Below, in pieces: positions 1 through 15,061 of a stretch of DNA of 64,000 nucleotides (position 1 is its first letter; each line of letters starts with the position of its first letter). The position numbers were made by a program, and so were the translations under genes. Source of the stretch: Chrysomallon squamiferum (Eukaryota; Animalia; Mollusca). The notes below the pieces were generated by a model. It did not search any database. It had not been told where the DNA came from and saw nothing but the letters and a program-made list of their open reading frames with translations. The stretch spans positions 3,658,001 through 3,722,000 of the forward strand of contig CM022670.1 in NCBI GenBank assembly GCA_012295275.1, given 5' to 3'.

Positions 1-132
1 TACTACTACTACTACTAATAATAATAATAATAACAGTAGTAGTAGTAGTAGTAGTAGTGGTAGCTGTAGGAGTTGTAGATTAGTAGCAGTAGTAGTAGTA
101 ATAGTAGCAGTAGTAGTAGTAGTAGCAGTAGC

Positions 133-163
<31 letters not shown>

Positions 164-182
164 ATAGTAGTAGTAGTAGTAG
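1..182. repeat. Compound (TAC)n/(TAA)n/(TAG)n microsatellite
   Basis: Direct reading. Confidence 0.95.
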
Positions 183-2672
183 CAACTTCAGTTATGAGGG
201 TGTGGGAGAAATGGGGAGATGTTCATACAGGTGCACCAAACAGAACTGATCTAACAACCTAACAAGCCTGAGACAAAACCAAAATCTGTAGCTCTAAACC
301 ACAGTCCATTTTTATCTATATCAAAGAAAAACAGAATCTGACCTTTCTGTGTTTACATGAAATAATGGCAAATTTGTTAAGACAGAATCCAACATGACAT
401 AATGGAAATAACGAATATTAAAACCAACAGCCATCCTTAGTATGAAAACTTTTTTTATGGTAATGATTAAACCATTTCACCTGATCAGATAGGGGAGAGA
501 AAGGAGGAAAGAAAGAGGACTGAGATGATTAAGATCACTGACTTCATGTGTGTGACATTTCTTGAAGTGTTAATGATATCTCTGTGTCTCTAGATGTATT
601 GAACAGATATGTAAGCTAACAAGTGTGATAAGTGTGATCTCGTTATAAATGTAAATGTAGATTTTTTTTTTTTTTTTTTAATTTCATTACTGTGCCCTTT
701 GGAAATAGGGTAATTTGCTGTTTGAAAGATAAAATTAGATGTCTTTAAAAAAAAAAATAAAAAAAAAATAAAAAAAATTATGAAATAAAAAAATAAAAAT
801 AAAAATAAAAATAAAAATAAAAATAAAAATAAAATAAAATAATGAAATAAAATAAAATAAAATAAAATAAAATAATGACTAAAAATAAAAATAAAAAAAA
901 TAAAATATAATAAAAAAAATAATAAAATAAAAATAAAATAACAAAATATTAAATCATAAATGTAATGTATTCTCTCTCTGTGTGTGTGTGTAATATTGTG
1001 GATTTACATAGTTTTGTGTGTCTATACTCACACTCATGCATACACACACAGACACACAGACACACACATACGTATGTATCTATGTATGTATCAAATACAA
1101 TTTTGTGGTTGAAATAAAAAAAATAATAACAAAAAAAAGTTTAAAAAAGCAAAAATATTTAAACATGACAGAACAAAACAAACAATATTCCAGGTCACTC
1201 TAACATCAATTATAAATTCTTAATTTCCGTGATCTGTTGTCAAATTTTCTTTCATTTTTATCATCAACAAACAAAATTAACATCCACTGTGCCTGCTCAG
1301 AATGTTACATTATGATGTATGTAACTCTACCCCACAATAATTAACATCAATCCCGCTTTTCCAAAGCTGAAGATTACACGGCAATGTCAAGATGACAAAG
1401 AAACCAAATTATATTCTTACGAGGAATTCGGTTGATTTTAAACTAAGTTGACAACAAATTTCTTCTTGACTGTTCTGATTAATGTACTTCATATACTGTC
1501 ACACTAGACATCACTGGTGACAACCACAGAAACAGAAAACTAAAATCAATAACTAATTAATAGTTTGTGTTGACGAAAACAAAGGGTGTCAGAATTGTCT
1601 GTCTTATTTGAAAATATTTTCATTTTTCTTAAGCAGTTTTAAAAAAAAAAGAAAAAAAGATATAAATGAAAAATGAATGTTTGATTTTTAATAAAGTTGA
1701 AAATGGTAATTGAGAAGTCACATATTTGCTTAATCATAATTGCTCATTTTTCCAGTAACTTAATAAATTTAATCATTTGACAGGTAATATCCATCACCTC
1801 CACTATGGCCATCAAATGTCTAATTGCTATGAGCTTGCATAGTTTATGTTAATTTAATAAAATCAAACATTAGATGACATCATATGAAAAGAATAATGTT
1901 GCATCATAGTCTATTTTCATTCAAAGATGTAGTCATTTCAATGGATAAAATAGTGTAATTAAGAATAAGAAAAACAGTACCATTTCTTTCTCTTTTTTTT
2001 ATAAATACTTATCCTTTGATTAAGAATTAATTGGAAACCAAATGTAAATATTATTTTTATGTCCTTAAAAATATATTGGAAGTCTGTATAAATGTTTCTC
2101 TTATGGTCAGCTTTATGTTGGATGTTCAAGAGTTGGAAATGGAAAGAATTTATTCATCCTCAATCCCAGTGAAAAAAAAAAAAAAAATGTTATATACCGT
2201 TCTGCCGTAACAAATTGACTGTGATAGTTATATTCTTTATTATTTCAATATATTGTTTACTTATTAATTTTAATTTTTATTTTGTTTATTAATATTATTC
2301 TAGACCTAAGTATTATGGATGGAGAAATCTAAGAAGTCCAGCTTTTAACCTTTTTAGAAATAAATTCAAGGTTATGCAAAAACACCAATGTAAATTAACC
2401 CTGAGTTTGCTGTTAACATGCAATTTTCTCTTTCTATTAATCAGTCACTTTTATTACTTCACTTGACTGGTTTTCTTGCGTTGCTTTTAATCTTGTTAGT
2501 CTGAGGTTTTTTTTTTTTTCTTGTTTCACATCCCTCAGGAGATTTTAAATATTTAAACAAAATGTTGAGATTTTAGCAGTGTTTCAAAAATCATTTTAAA
2601 AGATTTATTTTATTTTCTAAATTTATTTATTTATTTATTATTTCTCCATTTAAAAAAAAAAAAAAATTCCTG

Positions 2673-2720
<48 letters not shown>

Positions 2721-3528
2721 CTCTTGCTTTGGGAATAATGATGCTAACATTAAAAAATAAAAAAAATATATAAAAATAAAAAAGACAATTAAATCACTCA
2801 TATCTGCACATGAATATTTTGCATTCTAACGATGCAGAAGACACAGCTCTTTTTTCTTTTCTTTCATTTTCAATTTTTTTTTTTTTTTTCATGAAGGAGC
2901 AGAAAAGAAAAATAAGTTTTAACAGTTACAAAAAAAAAAGAAAAGAAAGAAGAACAAATACATAGAAGACAAAACTTAATGACATACAGTTACTGTTATT
3001 CTTTCTTACTAAATCTGTAATTTCTATTTAAAAAACAATGGTCAGAAAAGGAAACAATAAAGAGATGGGAGTAATGCAAATATCACTGTTACAAAACTCA
3101 GTGTGACTGTACTGAAGTAATAAGAAAGGGTTCATTCACATCAGACTGCTGTAGGTAATAAGTATAACTGACTGTGTGTGTATCCTTGCAGCTGCTGATG
3201 TAAATAACAGATATACTCAGTGACCATTATTATCATGTAAAACATACATCCCATACTTGCAAGCCAAATACCTTTCTCTGCAGTCAAATGCATCTTTGTC
3301 CCTTCCTTTCAACTGTAACACTTATTAACCTCATCTTCTTCTTATTATTATTAATATTGTTGTTATTATTATTGTACTTCTATTTATATTTTTTCTTCTT
3401 TTTTTGTAGATGTTTTTTCTACACTACCACAAGAAAATTTTCATCAAATATTAAATCCATTTATTTACTTACAATTTCAAATTCATATATCAATAATCTT
3501 AACATTATCAGCAGTCTGTAAAACTTAC

Positions 3529-6500
3529 CAGCACTGTTCAGTTTTCCAGTGTCTGCTTCATCTGTCCCGCCAGATGCTGATGTCGTCTGCTCTGACTTCT
3601 GCTGCTGCTGCTCTAAAAGGACCTGTCTCTTTTCATTCAGTAGGTCCTGGAGCTCCTGTATCTCATTGGTGTCTTGAGAAGGTGACAGACTCAAATGGTC
3701 AGTCTTGGTTTCTTCAGCAGGCACAGATTTGGCTGAAGCAGTCACTTGTTCTGTTGTCTGGTTCTTTCCTGCTACATCAGAGCTGTCTTTAGTTATGTCT
3801 GTGTCTTGTTTCTTTTTCTTTCTTTTCTTGTTTCTGGTTCCTGAATGAACGAATAAATGAATGAATAAAAATGAACTAGAGAGAATGAATTAATGGTAGA
3901 ATTGATGAATGAAAAAAACAACAAAAAAAACAACAACAGATGAAAGACCGAAAAAAAAGGGTAAATGTAGAATGAATTGATGAATGCTGGTTTAAATGAA
4001 ACTCAACAAATGTTTAATAATAATTAAAAAAAATGTACATTGACTAATGTTTTACACATTATGATTACTGGTTACAAGTTTCGTACATTTGATGTAACTA
4101 GAATGTAACTAGAATGGTAAAAAAAACCAAGGAAAGGTTAATCTTACAAAAGTATAACGAATCATGTATCATGTCAGATCTAATACTGAAGAGAAAGAGA
4201 GATAGAAAAATAAAATAAAGGAAGGAAGAAAGAAAGAAAATTACTATGAAAGAAAACAAGGAAGAAACAAAGAAAACAATGTCAAGGGGAAAATAAAAAT
4301 AACAACCAAATAAAAAGAAACCCAGTAACATAAAGACAGGGAGAAAGAAAAAAAACACAATCTCTACTGAGTAATTCTAGTCTAAATTGGACAAATCCAT
4401 ACAAACACAAACCTAGTTTTAAAATACATGAAGGACATCTTATTTTTTTAAATTAAAAATCATTATAACACAAGTAGGCTACTATTTAACTATTTTTACA
4501 GAGATCTTTAGACACATTTCCAGATACACTGTGAACACTGTTTCATTATGATGTTATTAAATGTGTGTTGTAAATTAAACAGAAAGATCCTTGAGTGCAT
4601 AGCCAAGTTTACTGAAAAATAATCTCAAACAATTATAAGTAAATGATTACATAAAATAAATATATATATATATAGTGTAATAATTAAAATGCAGATAAGA
4701 AAATTTTAAAAAGAGTTTAAATAACACATTTATTTAGTATTTTCTTCTTCTTCTTCTTCTTCTTCTTATTATTATTAAAATGGTTAACTTAATAAATCTT
4801 AGCTACCAAAATAAGGTTTAAATTTTAACTTCAAATTAAATCTTTGTTAACACCTTTATGAAAAAACAATTAAAAATTAAATAAAATTAATAATGATAAA
4901 AAAAAAAAAAAAAAATTACATTAAACTTAAAGATTGTTTTAAAGCCACTAATGAGTTATTTTCAAAACAATTATATCTTTTGGATAACATTCAAATATTT
5001 GTATGAGTTTTTAAATAAGTGTTTACTTTATTGAATAAAAAATAACATACTTTATATCCGTCTTTCCACAGATAGGAAAGGAAAACAAAATTTTTATATG
5101 AGTTTTTAAGTATGCTTTTACTCTGGTCAGTAAAAAATAATATATATTTTATATCAATCTTTCCATAGATAGGAAGGCACATACATAACATGGCTGTTGA
5201 TAACCAAACACATTCAATGGTTGGAACGGCAAAAAACAAGTTGGGAAGTTGAAGATATTTGATTCCTGGATTAACTAGGATTAAAACCAGTGGTCTAACA
5301 ACTAAACCATGAAATACTCGCTAAGATTCAGAGTAAATCAATAAACATAAGAGACAACTGTTCTCTTCAGATGAGATATGACTTTGTGTCTCACTTTCTG
5401 ACCATATCTGTCTGACATTATTTTTTATTTCTAATCATATTTTTCAAACTTCTTTTTTTGTTGTTATCTTTTTGTTACTGGGTTTCTTTTTATTTGGTTG
5501 TTATTTTTATCTTCCCCTTGACATTCTGTTTTCCTTTTTTCTTCCTTCCTTCTTTTGTTTCATAGGTTTTTCTATCTGTGGTATCTTGTTGTGACACATC
5601 TGTCTATCTGTGGTATCTTGTTATGATGCATCTATCTGTGATATTAGCTCAGTGACATATCTTTCTATTGCTGATATTATCTTGTCATGACATATTGTTC
5701 TATCACTGATATTATCACACTGTGACATATCTGTCTGTGATATTATCTCTCACTTTCTGTCCACTCTGTCTGTGATAATATCTCATACTTTTTGACATAT
5801 CTTTGTTTATCTGTCTTTTCTTTCCAATAACTCAAAATTAAACAAGCATTTATTTTCATTTGTACTGATGCTTATGTAAACATCAGGTTTCTTATGAGTT
5901 TGCACATGAAAGTAAAAAAACAAAAAAATGTTAACATGTAAGTTTAGATTACAGTAAATAGCTCTTAAATTTCTCTTCCTCCTTTTTAAAAAAAAAAAAA
6001 AAACCCAGAAAAAAACAAAAGAAAACTTGAATCAATCAATAATTGCTGTTGACTACCTGCTAAACACTAATAAACAAAAGCAGTTATTTCATCTGCTGTG
6101 GCAATATGTTTTACTCGAGACCATAATGGAATCTGTCCACAGACAGCAATTATCTAATTCCAACGTTCCAAACGAGAAAGAAAAGGAAAATATTTATGCA
6201 CACACGTGGCCCATTATTAGCGCACAATGAAAATGCTTGTACACGAAGCATCCATTATCGTGCACCACAAAGGGTTAATCTCCGCGTAACAACTCTGCGG
6301 TCTCGTGACATTTGCTTAATCACAGACCAGGCTGATTTTATTAAAGATGGAAAACTGCAGGCAGAGGTTTCAACTGAGCTGTGGCTCTCTGGTGGTTAAT
6401 TCAATCAGATGTGCAACAACAACATCAGACAGGACATTTTGGGTATAACAGAGCAGAGGGTGCAGTGGCCTTCAGTCAAACCAATTTCACTGACACAAGC

Positions 6501-7287
6501 ATCTGTCACTTTACTTAAACAAATCTGTGAGAAGTGGGGATGGGGTGAAGGGGTTTTGTTGTTGTTGTCTTTATCATTATGTTATTACTGTAACTTTGAT
6601 GATTTTTTGTTTTTCTTTTACAGTGGTAATTCTGAATCCTGATTTAGTTTAAACTCTCTTATCATCATCATCATCATCATCATCATCATTATTATTAATG
6701 TTATTATTGTTGATATTATTATTATTGTTTTTATTATTATTATTATTATCATTATTATTATTATTATTATTATTATTACTGTTATTACCATCATCATCAT
6801 TATTCATTATGTTTATTACTGTTATTTTTTTTCAACTGAATCATTTTCATTATATTAATTATTATTCTGCAGATGTAACAGCAATTTGATTAATGCCTGA
6901 AGAACAGTAATGGACCATACATAACCTCACAACTTTCTCCTAGATCTACATATATATATATATATATACACATATACAGTATACATACTCCTTAATAGTT
7001 GCTAATAACATCACTAACTGTAAGTGCCTGAGTACTGATAGTGTAATGTAAGTATTAGATGTAGACTGTGTCTCTAAATGAATACACCAGTATTAGATGA
7101 AACCTGACAAGTTTCTGTGGGCTTCTTACGTTTCAGGTAGAATGTTTTTTTTTATGTATTTACAACACTCATACATCTCATTTGATTTATGAACACCAAC
7201 TGGATCTCTTCTACAATACTTCCAGTTCAGAAAGAACACTTCAAATATAAATAATGATAATAATGATGATAATAATAATAATGAATG

Positions 7288-7333
<46 letters not shown>

Positions 7334-8932
7334 CAGTGATAATAATAATGATAATAATAACAATAGTAATAATAAGAAGAAGAAAAAAGAAAAAAGAAAA
7401 CAAATATATATATATATTGCATACACACCCCAAAAAAAAAGAAAAAAAAAAGATGGCATGTGTGCATCTGTATAAAATTTCCTTTGTAAACAAAGATACT
7501 GATACAGAATACAGACAGCCAGAAAACGACACAAAGATGTACAGAGATAGATATGTGAAATACACAGTTATGCATAAACTGAATAAACAGCAAACACCCT
7601 CTGTGCTGAACACTTTCAGACAGCACACCCATGACAAATATGCTTAAACCTTCAACGACTTCACATAATTAATGATGTGGTGTTAACAGTTGGAAGAACA
7701 AACAATTAGTTAAATAACCCATGCGAGGAGGAGTGATCTGACAAAGTCTTGTGTTCGCGTGTGCACTTTAGCTTAACTTATCTACATTTATCTTTTCTTA
7801 GTTCACCTAAGATGACCCTCGCCTCAAATTACTGTTCATTATGCATTCTCAGTAAGTAATATGATCCATGGTACTATTATGCAAGCAACAAAAAAAAAAA
7901 GAAAAGAAAGGAATCTGACTTGGTGTAATGTTATTCTAAGACATAAAAAGGTATTGTTAATCAGTGTCACTGTAACTCTCAGTGCAAAACACACATACAG
8001 TGTACTTTGTGTGATGTGTGTCATCCATGTATATATTTAACAAATGAAAATTTTAATAAAAATGCTTTTAATTTAGTTGATGTTAACATCAGAATGCATT
8101 TTTACTATGAAAGATTGAATAACAAATTTAACCAAAAAACAAATAAGTAATATGTAAATTATTATTTTATTTTTTTTGAAACACAAAAAAAAAAAAAAAA
8201 AATTAATTATCTCAATCAGTTTAATTTTATAATTTCAAAAACATAACAACAATTAATTTGTATTGCTTAAACAGTAAATAGAGAGTTAACTGGAAAGGTA
8301 AACAGTACTTAACATGTCTAACTTTTAACATTTAACACATACTGATGGTGAAAGAATAGATAAAATGAGAAATGGGGGTTTAGGAATTAAAGATTTGACA
8401 GACTAGGATGTGGAACTACAGGTAGAAAAAAGATAACTCGATCCATCTATGACAGAGAACTGGTTAGAACTGGAGAAACGTGGTTTACAAAGTGAACACA
8501 AGCCTACCTAAAACTGCTTTAGGTGCAGTGGAGATGTTCCAGCACTGCAGCGTGCTGTCAAAGCCCCCACTGAAAACCACGTCAGGGTTGATGCCGCTCC
8601 AGGCAACACTCAACAAGCGCTGGAAGTGTCCTGTGTACTGCTTTTTAGCTTCCCCTGTTCTTACATCCCACACCTTTCAAAGGAAAAAGAAGATAATAAC
8701 GACTTTTTGTTATTTAATAAAGATGGGAAAAACATTATCTGAAAATATTTTAATACTAATCATTTCTTCTGACTAACGTATGACAATGACTTGAAAGTTT
8801 TCAAAATACATTTAAGGTATTTATTTGAACCAGTACATATAATTTAAATACACATAGATTCCACTGCATCTGAAACCATTCAACATGTGTTTATTAAAAT
8901 TTCACACGCACATACACACCTACATATATTTA

Positions 8933-8966
<34 letters not shown>

Positions 8967-9425
8967 TACACAAACTCACATAGAATTATGCACACACATA
9001 CACTCACTGTCTCATATACATACAAACTGCACACACATACTTACTTAAACAGAATTTAATTCACACAATATTTACCCACCTAGATAAAAACATTAACAAC
9101 TAAATAAATAAAATAAAAAACAAATGAACAGACTCACAAAGGCCAAGCTGTCATATCCTACAGACACCAACTGCCCGTCCATGTGAGGATTCCAGGACAG
9201 ATCAGTGACTCGAATGCAGTGTCCTTCCAACTTCCTCACCCCATGACTGATAGTCAGTGGCTTGTCCACGTTAAAGTCTTTGTCTAAATAAATAAATAAA
9301 TAAATAAACAAACAAAAGCATACATAAAAATATAAACAAATAATCAAACAAACAGATTGACACAAAAATAAATGGCTGCAGCACTACTATCTGGTTTCCA
9401 GCTTATGTCAGATCGTCATGTGTTC

Positions 9426-9468
<43 letters not shown>

Positions 9469-9625
9469 TGCAAATAAACTAAAATTATTGGGGAAAAAAA
9501 TAATATGTTAAAGTTTTAAATAAACTAATGAGAATCAATAAATGATAATTTTCATAATATATAATAATATACATCCATTAGTATTATGTGCTCTCAGAGT
9601 AATTTTTTTTATTATTCATATGATC

Positions 9626-9662
<37 letters not shown>

Positions 9663-11588
9663 TTACTAATAATTTCTTTTCTGTATCTATTATTTAAATT
9701 GTGAATTCATTAATAATAAAAAGAAAATTAAAAAATTAAAAAAAACAAATCAAAATAAAAATTTTTAAAATCTACAATTACCCCAGGAAAATTGTATGTC
9801 ATTTTTATTAACATTAAACAGTAATTTACAACTATTAACATGTTCCTGCCAATGAAACGCTCAAATTTAACTGAACCAGTCAGTCAAAAATATGTTATAA
9901 ATATAATAATTATGTACTTGCTGCTAAGGGAAATAACTCTGCTACCCACTACTAATTAAATAAATTTAAGAAAAACTGAACAAATAACATTAAAATTTTC
10001 AGTATAATTAGTCTGCATATGACATCCACTTCATTTTAAAAACAATGTGCACATAATAGATATATATATAATTCAAAATACTACTTACCAAACAACTGTG
10101 TCAAGTCAACTATTTGGATGTCAGAGTCACAGGCTCCTGATGCCACCCAGTGTTGACAAGGTGACCCGCCTGGTGACTGTGCAGTGAACTGTGGGTGCCA
10201 GACGATGGTGTTAACCAGCTTTCGATGGAGGTTGATCGTACACATCAGCTTGAAGGTAGAAACTTGGAAAATTTCTACTGTGCTGAAAATAACATTGTAA
10301 TATGATATGTAACAATAATAATCAAATAAAAAACAAAAAGCTCGAAAGGGTTTTTGGAAAATAAAATAAAATAAAATAAAATAAAATAAAATAAAATAAA
10401 ATAAAATAAAATAAAATAAAATAAAAAGAAAAGAAAAGAAAAGAACAAAGAAATCAGTAATTATAATTCAAGACTAGATTTAAACTGTAATCACAGAACT
10501 GATAATCCAATTAGTAAAAAAAAGAAAAGGAAATGTACATATTTTTAGTATATTTGTTAAGACAAAGTAAACAAAATCAAAATAATTTTGCCTGAACACA
10601 TTATGCGGTATGTAAGTGTTTTCAAATGTATTTTTATTTACCTTTTTCCAATTCTAGCCAGTGTTAAATAATTGTTCTATCTAAAGCAGTGGCATTAGCA
10701 CTCCTGTTTATGGGAAAGTAAATTTAAATAGATGCTTGCTGCTAAGAGTATCCTGCTCCCATAATAACATTACACAATCAAATAACTTAAGTAATCTGTA
10801 TTAATATAAAATCTATTAAGAAGCTGACATTAATTGATCTATATTAAACACAACATACAGGCTGAATGGCAGTTTTCAAAACAGGAAAAGTAAATTAAAG
10901 TGTATCACTCACCCATCTTCATTTCCAATGGCCACAGCACTGTTATCTGGTTTCCAGCCTATCTCAGTTTGTCCAGATGTGTTCTTAATAACAATAATAT
11001 ATTATTATAATAATAATAATAATAATAACAATAACAATAATAAAAATAAAGATAATGATAATGATGATAGTAATAACAATAATAATGACAATGGTATTAA
11101 TATTAATTCAAATTCTAGGCAATCAACAACATCAACAGTTTTGATAACTTTTGAGTTTTTAAATATTGTGCAAATTTAATTTTTCAAAGGACCATATGTT
11201 ATGTATTTTATACCTAACAACAATTTATTTCATTCAAAAAAAAATGGTCTGCCATGACTTATGGAAAATAAGAGGTAACAGATCAAGAATAAGCTGATTT
11301 TATTTAACAAGTGAATATCAACTCTATGATAAGCTATTTGAAATCAGACAGGTTTATCTCCTAATTATCCCAGTAATACTATTGTGCTGATTGTTACACA
11401 CATACCACTTTCTCATTCACATCTGCTATAACTTTGGTGATGTTGGTTGCCTCTGTACTGAATGCATGAGGAAAATGTTCAAATATTTTACCATCTCCAT
11501 TAGAATACAAACTAACAGCTGCCTGGCTTTCTGAAAGTAAACAATAATAATAATCGTAATAATAATAATAATAGTAACAATAATAATA

Positions 11589-11636
<48 letters not shown>

Positions 11637-11930
11637 TAATAATAGTAATAATAATAATAATAATAGTAACAATAATAATAATGATGATGAAGAATAACAA
11701 TGGTGATGATGATGATGATGACGATATAAAGAAGAAAGAAAAATATTTAAATAACATCAGCAATAGACTATTAAGCTCTGCCCTTAATAACAATAACAAG
11801 CAGAAGATGAAACAACTTAATAATAATAATAATTTGAAGAACCAAACTAACAATAATAAGAAACAACATCAACAACAACAACAACAGTAATAGTAATAGT
11901 ATAATAATAATAATAATAAATAAAAAAACA

Positions 11931-11971
<41 letters not shown>

Positions 11972-14900
11972 TCAACAACAACAACAATAATCTTTGTTAT
12001 TCAGTTCAAAATGTATTTCCTATGCCTAGTTAGTTTTTAAAAGTTAAATACTAAAAAGTGTTGAAAAAGTTTAAACAAATACATTTAAAATCTGAATCAT
12101 CCATTCTTACATTTACAGATAAATAATAAAACAGCATTCCCCAAACAGCTATAATAAAACAGCATTCCCCAAACAGCTACACCAAGCCCAGATGTTTTAA
12201 TTAAGTGTAACATAATAACATTTACAACCAACTAAAGCAAATAAGTTTCTTACCTGAATCCTTGGATGGTGGGCCCCAAGCTACTACATAAACAGTTCGT
12301 CTGTGAAATGTGACTGACGATTTGGGTGGTCTGAAATATCAGATTTACACATATTTACTTTATGTTATTATAACAAATATAGATAACACAGATTTTTATT
12401 TCAGTATTTATTCTTGATACTATTTGTTTTTAAAGCTTGTTTTTTGGGGGAGGTTTTTATTTTTTATTATTGTTGTTGTTGTTGTTGTGGTGGTGGTGGT
12501 AGTGGAGATGGTATTGGTTTGAAAAGATCAACTAAGTACAGCAGTTATATTTTATCATTAACAATTAGTTTTTAACTATTTTTGAGATAGTAACATGTAT
12601 TTATGTATGTATGTAATTAAGTAAGTATGCAAGTTTGTATGTATGTGTCATTTAAAATAAGTAGTTAACAATAAAATATAATAAATGGAAAAGTGATATA
12701 TTTTTCAAAAATAAAATAAAAAACAAAGATTTAATTATAAGGATTAAAACAATTACAATAATAAATTTGAGGGAACAGACACCTTTTTTTTTTTTTTTTT
12801 TTTTTAATTAATTTAATTGAATTTAAAAAATAACAAAATAAAACAAAAATATAAAACTTACCTGTTGGTCAAGACATCAAAAACCCCAATTCTTCCATCA
12901 TCTGTACCAAAAGCTATCATTCCTTCTTTAGATGGATGCCAGGAAAGCTAGATAATACAAAACTGTCTGTAATAGTCTACCTCAGATACATTACACTGGC
13001 ATACAAAAAACATGAAATACATTTCTAAATAAATAATGAATTATGAATATTATTTTGGTGATAATTCTTTGTCAATTTTATTTTTTTTCATTTCTTAAAT
13101 CCTTTTTATATATTTTTAATAGTTAAAATTATTTAAAAACATACTGTAACTGATACAGGAAAATTTAAAAATTAAAGAAACAAACAAAAAAAGTGTTTTG
13201 AATAAAAGTAACAGATCCATCAAACAGTTTTAAATACAAATGTTTTATATAGTTCTTTTTATCATTATGGTACAAATACATATAATGATAATAGTGACCA
13301 TGCATAATTAAACCCTGAAAAAATCATGTCCTGTAATAATTCCAGTAATACCAATATACTGTAATGAAAATGAAAGACTGAATATAATTATAGCAAACAG
13401 TGTAATAATATACTCAGTCTTGTAAGGTTTTTTTTAGTTAATGTTACTCTTTCTTTTCTATATGAAAAAGGATAATGTCATTATTTACTTAATTAATTAT
13501 TTGTATCACAAACAGTACTTTTTAAATCCAAAGTAATTTCAGTCAACATAAATAAATGCAGAGTGTTTAATTTTTAGATTTCTTTCACTGTCTAGACTCA
13601 CTGCAGTGACTTTAGACTTCAGTCCTTGCCAGATGGTGTTGACATCAAACTTGTTGTTCTTGTTGTTAGTGTTCCAAACCCTGATCGTATTATCACCAAC
13701 ACCGACAGCAACATAACCTGCAACCACAATAATAAATATTTTATTTTTTGTAAAGATTTCTAACCTTCTTAAATTCTATCTAATGTTTGATACATCTTTG
13801 ATTTTATCATTTATTTATTTTAAGAAATTCACTGCTGCAGAAATGTTGGTCAAAGTGATGAAAATGGACACTATCTGATTTCAACACTGTCAAAAGTGAC
13901 CACAGGACTGGTCATCTCCTGTGTATTTCATCATTTAAGACTTGTCAACAGCTAAGTCATGTCATAATCTCCAAAGTGACTATATTGTTTTTACCCCAGA
14001 TATCAAACTTATTCATGTTTTTACCCCAGATATCAAACTTATTCATATTTTTTTATTTAAGCTTTTAAACCTTTTCTCTTTTCTTTCTTTATTTCTTTGC
14101 TTTATCCAAATTTCATTTTATATATTTTTTGGTTTTATTTTAAATCTTGATTAGGAAATATAAATAATAAAATTTAAATTATCCTATAAAAATGTTGAAA
14201 GATTCAGGAGCATACCTGGGTCAACAGGTGAAACACAAATATTGTAAACATGGCCGCCTAGTGAAGGAATATAGAATTTTGATGTCAAACTGGAAAAATC
14301 CCATGCCATTATCTACAAGATATAAAAAAAAAAAGAAAAAAATTTGGTTATTTTAAATTACATTAATAAGAACATTAATTACATTTCATTATTTTAAATT
14401 TTTTGATTTGTATAACATCGAGATAAACAAGAATATAACAAACATAAATGCACATTAAAATAAGTTAACACATATCCAGTATTAAAATGTGACACAATCT
14501 ATCAAGTTACACAAGAAACAAAGATCTGTATTTATATTAAAAAGAAATTTATCATCAGTTTTACACTTACTTTAGCAAAAAGAAATTTAGAAACCTAAAA
14601 TAATATAATTTTATGATCTATATTGGTGATTAACATAGTCTTGAATGCAGTGAGTTCTGATCTGAAGGTTTGTAAACAGAAATGCCTTGTGTTGTTTGAG
14701 CTTGATTCATGACAAATGTAATAATTACTTTGTAATGTAATCCTGACTGTGCATTTCATTCACACATACAAATATAACTTTACATACACATACATTCATA
14801 CATTATGTATAAAAATAAACATACATTCATATATTATACATATAAATACACATTTATATAACCATACATACATTCATATAAATAAACGAACATATAAATA

Positions 14901-15025
14901 TAACTATACATATATATAAATAAAACTATACATACATACATATTCATACATTATATATATAAATCTATATACACACAGATATAACCATACATACATACAT
15001 ACACATACATAAATACATACATACA

Positions 15026-15061
<36 letters not shown>

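Noticed and set aside
5245-5320. tRNA gene or tRNA-derived SINE head on the minus strand
   Set aside because: Only degenerate A/B-box resemblance and no cloverleaf; at best an old SINE fragment.
6618-7647. Cluster of overlapping 60-170 aa ORFs (poly-I/Y/L/N)
   Set aside because: Translations of (TAA)n/(TCA)n microsatellites. The same applies to the poly-SL/RE/THT ORFs throughout the track.
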